From positions 62,001-126,000 of the forward strand of contig OZ251237.1 in the NCBI GenBank assembly GCA_965240325.2: 64,000 nucleotides of DNA, given 5' to 3'. This stretch comes from Rebecca billardiae RCC1528 (taxonomy: Eukaryota > Protista > Haptophyta). The position numbers and the translations under genes are program-made. Under the pieces are notes generated by a model. The model did not search any database, was not told the origin of the DNA, and saw only the letters and a list, made by a program, of their open reading frames with translations. Below are positions 1-10,800 of the stretch, in pieces (position 1 is the stretch's first letter; each line of letters begins with the position of its first letter).

Positions 1-246
1 CCGGCATTCGCGACGATTCGGCCATTCGGGCTCGGGGCGCTCGGGCCTCGGCGCCCGACTCGGCAAGGCCTTGCTGCTTGCATTGAGTAATGAGTTGCAA
101 GCGCTGCCCCGGCTCCGACGTGCCAGCCGTCGGCCCGCGCCCTGCGTCAGCGTGCAGGCGTGCAGCCCCGGCCGTGCACCCGGTACTGGCGCACATCCAT
201 CCGCCCCTTTCATCCCGGCTGACACACGCCAGCCGATGACAGAATA

Positions 247-2578
247 CTAGAAGGCCTGCAGGTACACGCTGATGTCGGCGCCTACATCGTCCGGCTTGCG
301 GTTGCCGTCGACCACGCGCAGGTCGGGGAACGCCTCCTTGAGCGCCTTCACGTTCTCGTGGTACGTGGCGATCCGCTTGGTGAACGCCTCCTCCGTGTCG
401 TCGTCGCGCTGCGTGAGCCGGGCCTCGATCGCCTCCTTGTCCTCGCCGTCGGGCACTGCAGCCGCGCGCGGCGCGCGGGAGAGGGGGGCGGCGCGCTCAG
501 GCGCGCCGAGCCGCCTTCGAGCGCCGCGCGCGCAAGAACGCGTGCACGTGGACGGGCGCGGGGCGCGGGCGCACACCGGGGTTCATCTCGAGGTGGTAGA
601 TCTTGCCCGTCTCCGGGTCCATGCGGCGTCCGACGACGCGCTTGAGCAGCTCGTCGTCGGGCACCTCGAGGAGCACCACCTTGTTGGGCACGATGAACAT
701 GCGCGCCATCGCCTCCACCTGCCCCGCCGTGCGCGGGAAGCCGTCGAGCATCCAGCCGGCCGCCGCCTCGGGCTTCTCGAGCTCCTGCCTGATGATGTTG
801 CACATCAGCTCGTCTGGGACGAGCTCGCCCGCCTCCATCTTCTCCTTGGCCTGCTGCCCGAACTCGTTGTCCTCGTCCGCGGCTGCGGGGGCGGGAGGGC
901 GCGGGCGCGGGGCGCGGAAGCGGGGTGAGCGTCCCCACCGCGCGCACACGCGCCACGCGCGCGCGCGCGCGCGCGCTCGGCGCCGTGCTCGGGCGCGCAC
1001 CGGCCGCGCGCAGCACGTCGCCCGTCGAGATGTGGTAGACACCAAACCGCTCCTTGATCATCTCGCACTGCGTGCCCTTGCCGCCCGCGGGCGGGCCTGC
1101 GAGCACGACGCGCAGCTGCGGCGTGGACTTGGCGTAGGTGGCGAGCATTACCGACTCAGTGCCCGAGCCGCCCGACGTCACGCGCCCGCCCCTCCACGTG
1201 TACTCCAGCTTGGCCTCCTGCGCCGCGGTGCGTGGCCGCGGTGCGCGGTGCGCGGCGCGCGTGCGGTGAGTGGTGCGCGGCGTGGGAGCGCGCGCCCCTC
1301 GTGAGCGCGGGCGCCTGCCTGCGTGCGCGCTCGGCCGGCTGCTGCGGCGATGGTTGCCCGGGCGCGCGCGCACCTCGTCGTCGGGGTCGGCGTCCTCGGG
1401 CATCTTGCCCTCGAAGGTGCCCTCGGCGACCACGCCGTTCGACAGCGCCCACGCGCCCGCGCCGTCCGCCGCGCCCTTCTTGAACGTGCCGTAGTACACG
1501 GAGCCGTCGGCGGTGTGCGCCTTGCCCGCCACCGCCTGGCCGGCGCGGAAGCTCGCCTCGAAGCGCGCGCCGGCGCCGACGGCGCGGTACACGCCCGCGC
1601 CCTCCTTCGCGCCGTTGAAGAAGTGGCCCACGTACATGTCCCCCGACGCGTACGTGAACGTCCCCTTCCCGTGCCGCTTCCCGTTCGCCCACTGCCCCTC
1701 GTAGCTCGAGCCGTCCGCGTACACCATCTTGCCGACGCCGTGCCTGCGCCCGTCGACCCACTCGCCCACAAACGAGCCGCCCTTGGCGTAGAGCATCGCG
1801 CCCTTGCCGTGGCGCTTGTTGGCCTGCCAGTACCCCGCGTACACGTCGCCGCCCGGCGCGAGGTGCACGCCGAACCCCTCGCGCGCCGTCACCATCGAGT
1901 CGAACGGCAGGTCGGCGTCGGCCGGCCTCGGCGCGCGCTCGCCCTCGTAGAGACCAAGCTTGGCGACCTTTGCGACGGTGAACTTGTGCGGCATCACCTC
2001 GCCGTAGATCTCCTCGGTCGTCGCCGCCTGCCACTCCTCCTCGCCAAAGTCCACCTCCTCCTCCTCCTCGTCCTCCTCCTCCTCCTCCTCCTCCTCCTCC
2101 TCGCCCTCGGCCGGCACCCGCTTCTGCTTGTTCCAGCTGTATTTGCCCTTCCGCGTGGACTGCATCTTCTTCCACACCTCGACGGCCTTCTCGTCGGGCA
2201 TGCCCCACGCAGAGATGTCCTCGAGGTGCTCCGCTGCGTCCGCGTACGCCATCGCGTCGATGGCTGTCCGCAGGTGCGTGGTCGGGTCCGCGTCGAGCGA
2301 CACGGCGGTGCCCGACGGCGCGATGGCGTCGGCGGCGTCGGCCTGCGGGCGAGCGGTGGGCGGCACGCGGGACGCGCGCGACGCGAGTGAGCGTGCGCGC
2401 GATGGCGACGTGTCGCGGAGCTCTGCGCGCGCCCTGGCGACCCGCCACGCCGTGGTCCGCTGCAGCCGGTGTGGCCCAGGCCAGCACTCACCATCGTGAC
2501 GTGAGAAACAGCCGCTCTGCTTCGCCCGGACCCACCAGTCAACCGACTGTCCGGACGGGGAGGACTGTCATCAGCCAT
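247..2578 (-). CDS. MORN-repeat protein fused to a C-terminal adenylate kinase (multi-exon)
   Basis: MORN repeats ([28 protein letters not shown]), then P-loop [29 protein letters not shown]-region GRRMDPETG and RDDD across three ORF frames separated by GC-rich GT-AG introns. ATG at 2578 ([10 protein letters not shown]) is inferred. Confidence 0.85.
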
Positions 2579-2771
2579 CCTGCGAGAGCAAGTAGGCCGA
2601 GGTCTGCAGCAGCGAGCCCCCGAGGGAGGAGGATCGGGGTACGGCACGATCTCGCCGGCACGATCGCGCCGCTGGCGAGCTCGCCATGCGGAGCATGGAG
2701 GTGGAGGCTGATCTGGAGAGCTACCCCGTGCGCGCTGCTCCCCCTCCCCGCCCGCTGCGCGCGGCAGGACC

Positions 2772-3175
2772 ATGGCCGAGTCGGCCTTTGACAAGAAAGT
2801 TCGCGCCCTCTTCCCGAAGGACCACCACGTGTGCGCTCGAGCGTGAGCCCGCCGGCGCGCCGCGCCGCGCTCTGCACGCGCGCGCGGAAGCACGCCTAAG
2901 TGCGGCCCCACTCCACGCGCCCGCGCGCGCGCACCCGTCGCCCCGAGCAGATTGTGCTCGCGTCGCTCGCCGGCTGGGTGGGTCTGTACGCCTTTGGCAA
3001 GATGACCTCGATGATCTTCTCGGGCGGCAAGAAGAAGGCCGCGCCGGCCGCGCCGGCCGCGCCAGCAGCGCCGACTGTAAGCGCCGGTGGCTTCGCGATG
3101 CCCACAGAGGATAACATCGGCGACTGGGCAGAGAAGGAGTCCAACTGGGCGGACCTCGACAAGCACCTCAAGTGA
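2772..3175 (+). CDS. Small single-TM protein resembling ATP synthase subunit k/DAPIT (2 exons)
   Basis: Exon 1 MAESAFDKKVRALFPKDHH, intron 2829-2950, exon 2 IVLASLAGWVGLYAFGKM..KKK..MPTEDNIGDWAEKESNW. Family call is from recalled resemblance only. Confidence 0.5.
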
Positions 3176-3585
3176 TGGGTGCGCTCGGGCTTTTCGGGGG
3201 AGGCACGGTGGTCATGAGCTGCCAGCGTGCGTGCGCCGCGGCGTGGACGTGGCGGTTGCACTCGCTTGCTGCTCCGAGCCCGGCAACGGGCTCGGCCAGT
3301 CTGGGCTGACCGGCCTGATCGCGGACTGCGCTGCCGCTTCGACCGCTCACAGTCACTATCGCTTCAGTTGTCGGCCGATCCGGTCGTCGACCGAAGCCGA
3401 AGGCATTTCAACTACGTGAGTACGTTGATCTGAGGAAGTAGATTCGGACGCGCGGCGCTTCTGACATTTATTGTCAGTGCTGCCGCCAGTGACATCCGCT
3501 GCTGCTGATCTGACTACGACTCGAGTTTACTTAGCCAATACTCAATAGCCATTGTCGGCATTGCGGGCCTGTCGTCGAGTTAAGC

Positions 3586-3770
3586 TAGTATAGTTTTATA
3601 AAAAAAATATTTAATATATATATTGATTACTATAAATATATATTATATTATTAGTTATATTAACGACGTGGTTGACATATTACTATTATATAGGATTTAC
3701 TAATTTCGACTGTGAATTCGTCGTCGGATTATATTCGTCGTCGCACTACAGTTCGCCGTATATATAGACT
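3586..3770. other. Extremely AT-rich intergenic island
   Basis: Nearly pure A/T from about 3586 to 3706 in an otherwise very GC-rich sequence. Confidence 0.8.
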
Positions 3771-4134
3771 GACGGTGACAAACAATAGTCCGCGGGCGAG
3801 TCGTGAATGAACTCAGAACTGCCTTCCCGCTTCCGAGTTCCGGCCTTCCGCAGGGCAGCCGGCAGGGCATCCGCAGCGGCCTTGGGCTTGTGAGTTGCAT
3901 GAATCGCCGCCGTACCAGCGTACGCGGTACGGCGTCAGATCCGGGGCACTGATCCGCTACGACACTCCGCGGCCGCGCGGCGTATACTGCTCTATAACTC
4001 GGAAATTGTACAGTGACGTGCATGCGCCATTGCTATATAGATACATCAGCGGCGGTCGGCAATCGGCATCGTGATCGGCGGCACGTCTGAAAGCCGATCC
4101 GATATGAAAGATTCATCTTCAAGGACCCGAACCA

Positions 4135-5547
4135 TCACATTGATGCTGCCACACTGGTAGCATCGCAGTCGTCGTCGCCGCCGCCGCCGCTACCGCGGTT
4201 GTCAGCGGCGAGGCCGCGCGCCCTCGGCGAGGTCTCCTCCTCGGCGTCGTCACGGCATTCCGCCGCGAGCTCGGCGTGCATCTTGTCAAGAACCTCCTGC
4301 TCCGCGACAGTCAGCGACTCGCCGCGCTGGGCGCGCTCGCGCACCGCGCGCTCGACGCCGGCCTGCACGACGGAGAGAATCTTCTGCCGAGCGCTGCCGC
4401 CGTCGGTGGGCTGCTCGGCGCTCGGCGTGCTCGCGGGGTTCGCCACGCCCGCCGCCTCGGCGGCAGCCGCGCGCACGCACTCGGCGTGCGCGCGCGCCTC
4501 GGGGCTGCCGATCACCGTGAGCCGATCACCGTCGGCGCCTGCCGCGGGCTGCCGTGCGCTCGAGCGCGCGGGCGGCGCGTTGAGCTCCGCGCCCGGTGTG
4601 TGCACGGCCTCGGTGCCCGAGCGCCACCGGTCACTGGCGCCGCCCTTGGCGGTGAAGGGCGTGGGCTCCCTCGTCACGCCGCGCGGCCTGTTGGCCGCCC
4701 AGTCGGCCTCTTCCTCGCGGCGCAGCGCGCGGTCGTTCTCCAGCCGGCGCCACATCAGCGCGGCGCCCCCGAGCCGCCTGCAGCTCATCGCGAGCAGCGG
4801 CTGGCCGTCACGGCCGACGCTGAGCTCGCGCGCCTCGGGCTGGTCGTACCAGCCGTCGGTGGGCACGTCCGTGTAGAAGAAGTACGAGGCGAGCACGTAC
4901 AGCTGCGTCTCGGGAGGCATGTCCGCCCACATCGCGCCCACGCGCGCGCGCTCGTACGGGCCGCACTGCGTGACCAGCGCGAGCCCGTCCTGCACCAGCA
5001 CGCGGTTGATCTCCGCCCACAGCTCGAACGGGCGCGAGACGGCGGGCGCGCAGAGCGAGAGGGCGACCGCGTCGAAGGTGCCATCGGCGAACGGGAGGAG
5101 CACGTCGTCGCTCGACACGTCCTGCACGATGTCCCCTGCAAGCTCGCCCGCGCGCCCGCCGCGCAGCTCGTTCGAGTGCGCGAGCTGGCCCGCCGGCGTC
5201 AGGTGCACGCGCGTCACGTCGACGCCGCGCGAGGTTCGGGGCACGTACGACTCGCCGGTGCCTGTGATCTCCAGGATGTGGACCGCGCGGTGGCTGCCGT
5301 CCGCGGCCGTCGCGCGGCGTGGCAGCGTCGCCCTGTGGTACTTGCGCACGGCGTCGGCGACCGCCGGCCGGGGCTTCTCGAGCACATCGTCCGGGCCGAG
5401 GGGTTGCGCGCGCACAAACGACGAGGGCACGTACGGCAGCTCGAGCGGGTACGGCGACATGCGACGCATCGACTCGTAGAGCCGCACGCACCGCCCATCG
5501 TTGTGCTGGAAGGCGAGGATGTGGAGGACCGCCGCCGCGGCCCACAT
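4135..5547 (-). CDS. Class I SAM-dependent methyltransferase-like protein (Methyltransf_11 type) with N-terminal signal-like peptide
   Basis: 470-aa ORF with LPFADGTFDAV and EINRVLVQDG motifs and a hydrophobic N-terminus. Confidence 0.65.
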   Translation of the reverse strand: MWAAAAVLHILAFQHNDGRCVRLYESMRRMSPYPLELPYVPSSFVRAQPLGPDDVLEKPRPAVADAVRKYHRATLPRRATAADGSHRAVHILEITGTGESYVPRTSRGVDVTRVHLTPAGQLAHSNELRGGRAGELAGDIVQDVSSDDVLLPFADGTFDAVALSLCAPAVSRPFELWAEINRVLVQDGLALVTQCGPYERARVGAMWADMPPETQLYVLASYFFYTDVPTDGWYDQPEARELSVGRDGQPLLAMSCRRLGGAALMWRRLENDRALRREEEADWAANRPRGVTREPTPFTAKGGASDRWRSGTEAVHTPGAELNAPPARSSARQPAAGADGDRLTVIGSPEARAHAECVRAAAAEAAGVANPASTPSAEQPTDGGSARQKILSVVQAGVERAVRERAQRGESLTVAEQEVLDKMHAELAAECRDDAEEETSPRARGLAADNRGSGGGGDDDCDATSVAASM

Positions 5548-5782
5548 CGTGCGTGCGATGCGAGTTTTGAAGGGCGGTCAAGGTCACCGCTACAGTCAAA
5601 GCACGCCGCACGCGCGGGACGGTTCTGTTGACCGTTTCGACCGCCTCACGGTAGGTATCCACTACGGATCCACTAGTTCTAGACTACGCGATCATCTACT
5701 CTACTTAATCGTTTAAAATACGAGTACGGAAGAGGTGTGCCCGGAATACGAAAATGCCCACAATTCGGAGTTTTCCCTATGA

Positions 5783-5900
5783 CAAACCACCGGTTCGGCT
5801 GTTTTTACTCGTCAAACCAACGGTTCGACGGGTTTTACTCCGAAACACCATCGGTTCGACGGGCTTTACTCGTCAAACCATCGGTTCGGCAATTTTTACC
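5783..5900. repeat. About 30-bp tandem repeat x4 (CAAACCATCGGTTCGACGGGTTTTACTCGT-like)
   Basis: Four degenerate, directly abutting copies. Confidence 0.8.
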
Positions 5901-6469
5901 CAAGGTGCTTGCGGTTGGGACAGTCCTCGCACGTATTGGTCTCGACAAACAAGAATCGGAGGACGCGTTTCGAGTGATGGCTTCGCGATGATTGTAACAT
6001 GTTTTTCACTCGAGTAGTTGATCGTTCGAGGGAAAAATCTTCTCGACGAAACATGGAGGGCCAATCAGGGTCCGTCGATCGATTACAAGCCGACGCGACT
6101 CAAGTTAATATAGGCGGCTCATTATTTGAACAGCACCGCGATGATACTCGCTCGTCAAGAGGGGCCCGCTCGGGCCAGGCTGACCGCCGTGACGGGAGGT
6201 CGAGATGCCACCGCGGGCGCCGCGGGGCTGCGACCGAGGGTGTGGACCGTCGGGGTGATGTGTGAGCAAGATGTTCACGCCCTGTCACCTGCAACTGTCG
6301 ACGGCCGTCCTCCACCTGCACCTCGCCTGCACCTCACGACCGGGTGCCCGGATGACCGATCTGTAACGCTCGACGAGTGATCCCGACGGCTCGACGAGTG
6401 ATCGAGTGATCCGCACGACGGGCGTCGCTTGCAACTGATCACGGCCGCTCTCCTGCCCGGCGCTCAGGA

Positions 6470-6942
6470 GGCGCACGCTTGATGCGTGTCCTGCGCGGTT
6501 GTCACCTAACGACCTGCCCCGGCGGTTGCAACTCTCTACATCTCTCGACGGAGTGGCGCGCCGCCGTCCGCGTTGCTCGACTGGATCTGCGCACCGGGCC
6601 TCGCCTGCAACTGTTTTGATGCGTGCCATGCCCTGCGCGGTTGGCACCTGGCTGCCTGCCCCTGCTGCTGCAACTCTCGACGGCGGCGCGCCGATCAGTG
6701 TTGCTCGACTGGATGTGCGCACCGGGCCTCGCCTGCAAGTGTTTACGGCCGTCCACCAGCCCTACGGTCCGAGGCTCAGTCGGCGCGCGCGCTTGATGCG
6801 TGCCGTGCCCTGCGCGGTTGGCACCTGGCTGCCTGGCCCTGCTGCTGCCGAACTCTCGACGGCGGTGCGCCGAATCAGTGTTGCTCGACTGGATTACTGC
6901 GCACCGGGCGTCGCCTGCAAGTGTTCAGTACGGCCGTCCACC
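6470..6942. repeat. Degenerate tandem repeat (about 140-200 bp units) interrupted by the PLV; continues at 20809-20885
   Basis: TTGATGCGTG..CCTGCGCGGTTG anchors at about 6479, 6616, 6793 and, after the virus, 20857. TTGCTCGACTGGAT..GCACCGGGC occurs in each left-hand unit. Confidence 0.85.
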
Positions 6943-7187
6943 GAGAGAGAAGGTATTACCTACTCACCAGGACAGTTTACCCCTGGCCGCCGCGCCGTCA
7001 CAAAATGGCCGGCACTCGCAGGTCATTTTCGCGCATCCGCGCACACCCTCCATCCCTCCCGCCCCTCCGAAATCACCGGTGTTTGCCACCCGAAACGAGA
7101 CTGGCAAATGCCGGTGATTTTCGCGCTGAAAACCATGCTTTCACAAGCGAAAATTTAGACGCCACTTCGACACACTGCGCGCTACGA
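6943..7187 (+). repeat. PLV left terminal inverted repeat
   Basis: Reverse complement of 20564-20808; two adjacent mismatches seen (CCCCTGG vs CCCCCAG). Confidence 0.95.
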
Positions 7188-7300
7188 TCCCGCCAAGACA
7201 AACCGAGGGCGGCCGCCGAAGCTCAGTTCCAAGGCCGAAGCTTGCGAGCCGGCCAAGAACTACCAGTGATCCAAGGCCGAAGCTTTCGGATCTCGCTTTT

Positions 7301-7610
7301 CACCAGGACAGACCAGCGCCCGCCAGTAAAAACTCGCGAGGCGACCATGATTTTACCGGTGAAGCTTTGGGTCTCACTTTTAGAGGCCACTTCGAGCACT
7401 CCGCCAGGCTATTTTCACCAGGACAGACCAGCGCCCCGCCAGTAAAAACTCGCGAGGCAGCCGTGATTTTACCGGTGAAGCTTCGGGTCTCAACTTTAGA
7501 GGCCACTTCGAGCACTCCGCCAGGCTCAGTCACCAGGACAGACCAGAGCCCCGCCAGTAAAAAAGGCGGCCATACCGGCGAAGCTTCGGGGTCTCAACTT
7601 TAGAGAGGCC
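7301..7610. repeat. 115-bp subterminal tandem repeat x about 2.7 inside the PLV
   Basis: Units start CACCAGGACAGACCAG at 7301, 7416 and 7531. Confidence 0.9.
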
Positions 7611-7810
7611 GACCATCCCCAAAACATATTTCGATCCGCCACTTAAGACTTGGGCCGAGCTCGCGCGACGATGTCGGCACCCCGGGCGGCCGCCACCGAC
7701 CCTCAGCCGCCGACCCGCCATCCACGGAAAAACTTAGGACTTGGGGGCCGAGCCAGCGGCGGACCAAAGTGCGTTAGTTTGCGACGAAAATTTTCTGCGC
7801 CAGAGTAAGA

Positions 7811-10800
7811 ATGGTCCTCCTCCTCGACCTTGACCGCCGCAACCAACTCGAGCAGGTACTCCTCGACCCCGAGCTGCCCATGAGGCGGCATGCTGCCGCG
7901 CGCCACGAGCTCGACCGAGACCGTCTCGAGAGGCTCTTTGCCGAGTTCAACCTGACGCCAAACGTCGATGGCAAGACCTTCGTGCTGCAGGGCAAGCGCA
8001 AGCGCATGCCCAGAACGCGCAAGAGCTGGGACCAGCTACGCCGCACGCTCGAGAGGCTTGAGAAGCACCAGCCTATGGAGACAGAGCTGAAGGCGATGGG
8101 CATCGACCTACAAGGCGGGCAGTTCACGCTCCAAGGGCGCAAGAGGCGCCTCCCTCGCACGTCCGAGGGCATGAGGAAGCTGCGCAAGCAGATCGGCTTC
8201 ACCGCCAAGATGCTGAATGATGGCATGACCAGGGTGGCTGTGCATGGGCCTGAGATCACCAAGGAGACGACCTTTACCATGCCAATCTCGATGCAGGTGG
8301 AGGCGACGGCGCCTCTGCTCATGCGAGAGCAAGCGCTCTACCAGATGCCGTCGCATCTGACAAGCGCAATCCACGACTTTGTCGCTGAGACGATCGAGAA
8401 GGAGCTGATGCGCGGAGCATCGAGTCGGCTCAAGGTGAGGGTCATCATCGAGACGCTGCATGTGAAGAGCACCAAGGGTGTCTTTGCGGTCGAGATGCCG
8501 AACCTGCCCGAGGACGCCTACCGCCGCATGATCGAACGAGGGCACCCAACCATATCAACATCTACTCGCTCCATCGCCGGCAAAGCAGTTTGGCAGCAGG
8601 AGCCGCAGCCGCTCATCGACCTCGTCAACGAGATGATCACCGATGCCTTCGAGCAGAGGCAGTCAATCTACGCAGACAAGCCAATCGCCATCAGCCGGAT
8701 GTGGATACACAGCGGCATGGTGACGCCTCGCGGAGCGACATCCGGGAGCAGCTACGTGAAGCTCGAAGGGCGGTGGGCCAACGCCAAGCTCGGCATCGTC
8801 AACCCCAAGAACCAAGACCTCAAGTGCTTCATGGCCGCGCTGCAGGCGGCAAAGGCTGTGGAGAGCGGCGTTGCCCACCCCGAGCGGCCGAGCGTCCACC
8901 GGAAGTTCCTCGTGACCGAGCCCGAGGGTGCTGTCTACCCTGTGGACATCGGCGAGATCCGCGCATGGGAGGTCGCCAACAACCTGGCCATCACAGCCTA
9001 TCGCCTCCCCGAGGACGGTGGGCAGGCGCAGGTGATGCGACTGCCGACGCCGCAGGATTTTCACAACCTGCCTCGGGTGGTCCTCGGGCTCTACAAGGAG
9101 CACTGGGTCTTCTGCCGCTCCGCCGATGCCATTTGCGCAAATACTACCTATATCTACTGCGAGCTGTGTCTCAAAAAGTTCCCCTTCAACGCTCGCGCTA
9201 AGCGAAATGAGCATCAGGAGGCATGCCATGACTCGTGGACGGTTAATTACGATGCTCAGACTGAGGAGCAAAAATTAGCCAGCTACATGACGCCTCGCGA
9301 GGCTGCGGCCGGCAAAGATTACCAGACCTCTATCGAGTACACGGGAGGCATCGAGCAGATCGTCAAGCCGCTGGTGATCCACGCCGATTTCGAGACCGTG
9401 ACCATCGATGGTGAGATGAGGCCATATGCCGTCGGCCTCATTGAGACCTGGAGCGACGGAGCCATCAAGTACGTGACCTTCACCGGGCCTGAGTGCCATA
9501 TCAATCTGGTGGTCTACCTGCTGGAGACATACCAGAGCTACCTGGATACTGCAGGCAGGCACTCTGCGCTCAAGAAGCGCTCCTTCACACGCGAGACCCA
9601 GCAGGCTTTCGATAGTGCCACCTGCTGCTACCTCTGCGGCGGCGAATTCGGCGAGACCAAAAATTTCGACCATGACCACTACACTGGCGCATATCGCGGC
9701 GCCGCTTGCACAAAGTGCAACCTGCATGCATCCACAACGAATCTCATGGCGAGCGTACCAGTGTTTTTTTCACAACCTCACCGGCTTTGACGCCAATTTC
9801 CTGATCCAGGCCCTCGGCTCCGAGCGGGTGCAAGGGCTGATGAACGAGATGGCCAGGATAAAGCAGAACCGCAAAACGGAGATCCTCAAGAAGAGGATCG
9901 AGGCGCAGGAGGCGCTTCTCGTCTCGTGCGCAATAAGAGGAGACAACTATGACACTGCGCAAATCACCAGCCTCGAGCGCGAGCTCGCGAGCACGCGCCT
10001 GACCAAAGCGCTCAAAACCGACATCATCCTGCAGAACACGCAGCGGCTCAAGCAGCTGACGATCGGCGGCTTTGTTTTCAAGGACACGATGGCTTTCATG
10101 AAGGAGTCGCTAGAGACCCTCCTCAACAACCTGGACCCCGCGGACATGCGGAACTTGCGCTCGTTTGCCAGCGATTGGGCGCGGGCCCGAGGACTCGACC
10201 CAGAAATCGTATTCGAGGCCGCGCGCCGCAAGGGCATTTTCCCCTACGAGATTCCGTGGCACCTCGAGTTGGATACGCCCATTGACACGCTCATCGAGAA
10301 ATACCCCGACCTCTTCCTGTCCAAGCTAAAATCGAGCTTCGGTATCGCAGGCCAGGACCAACACTTTGAGGCGGGCGAGGATGAGGCGATCGGCAAGCTA
10401 GTGCAACTCAAGTCGGCGGTCGGGCTGGAGACCATGAGAGACCTCCTCGACTGGTACCTCGCTATCGACGTTCACGGGCAGGCAGACGTCTTCACCAACT
10501 TCCAGCACCTCTTTCACACCAACTTTGGCCTGGACCCGAGCTGGTTTCTCTCGGCGCCGCAGTCCTTCTTCAAGACGATGCTCAAGACCACGGGGCAAAA
10601 GATCGAACTCTGGCAAGACTCGAGAGACGTAGACTTTGCTTCCAAGTGCATTCGAGGCGGCTACACAGATGTGCGCCACAAGCTGCAGACGGCAGGAGGA
10701 GGCGTGCACATCGGCTACTTTGACGCGAACAACTTGTACGGCTGGGCGATGAAGCTCAAGCTGCCAGTAGGCGCGCCCTGGGATGTTGAGCCCGAGGACT

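Noticed and set aside
5666-5683. GGATCCACTAGTTCTAGA, identical to the BamHI-SpeI-XbaI part of the pBluescript polylinker
   Set aside because: Only 18 bp; the flanks do not continue into vector, and ATCCACTA is locally duplicated. Treated as probable coincidence.
5783-5900. 30-bp repeats as a CRISPR array
   Set aside because: The repeats abut with no unique spacers, there are no cas genes, and the context is eukaryotic.
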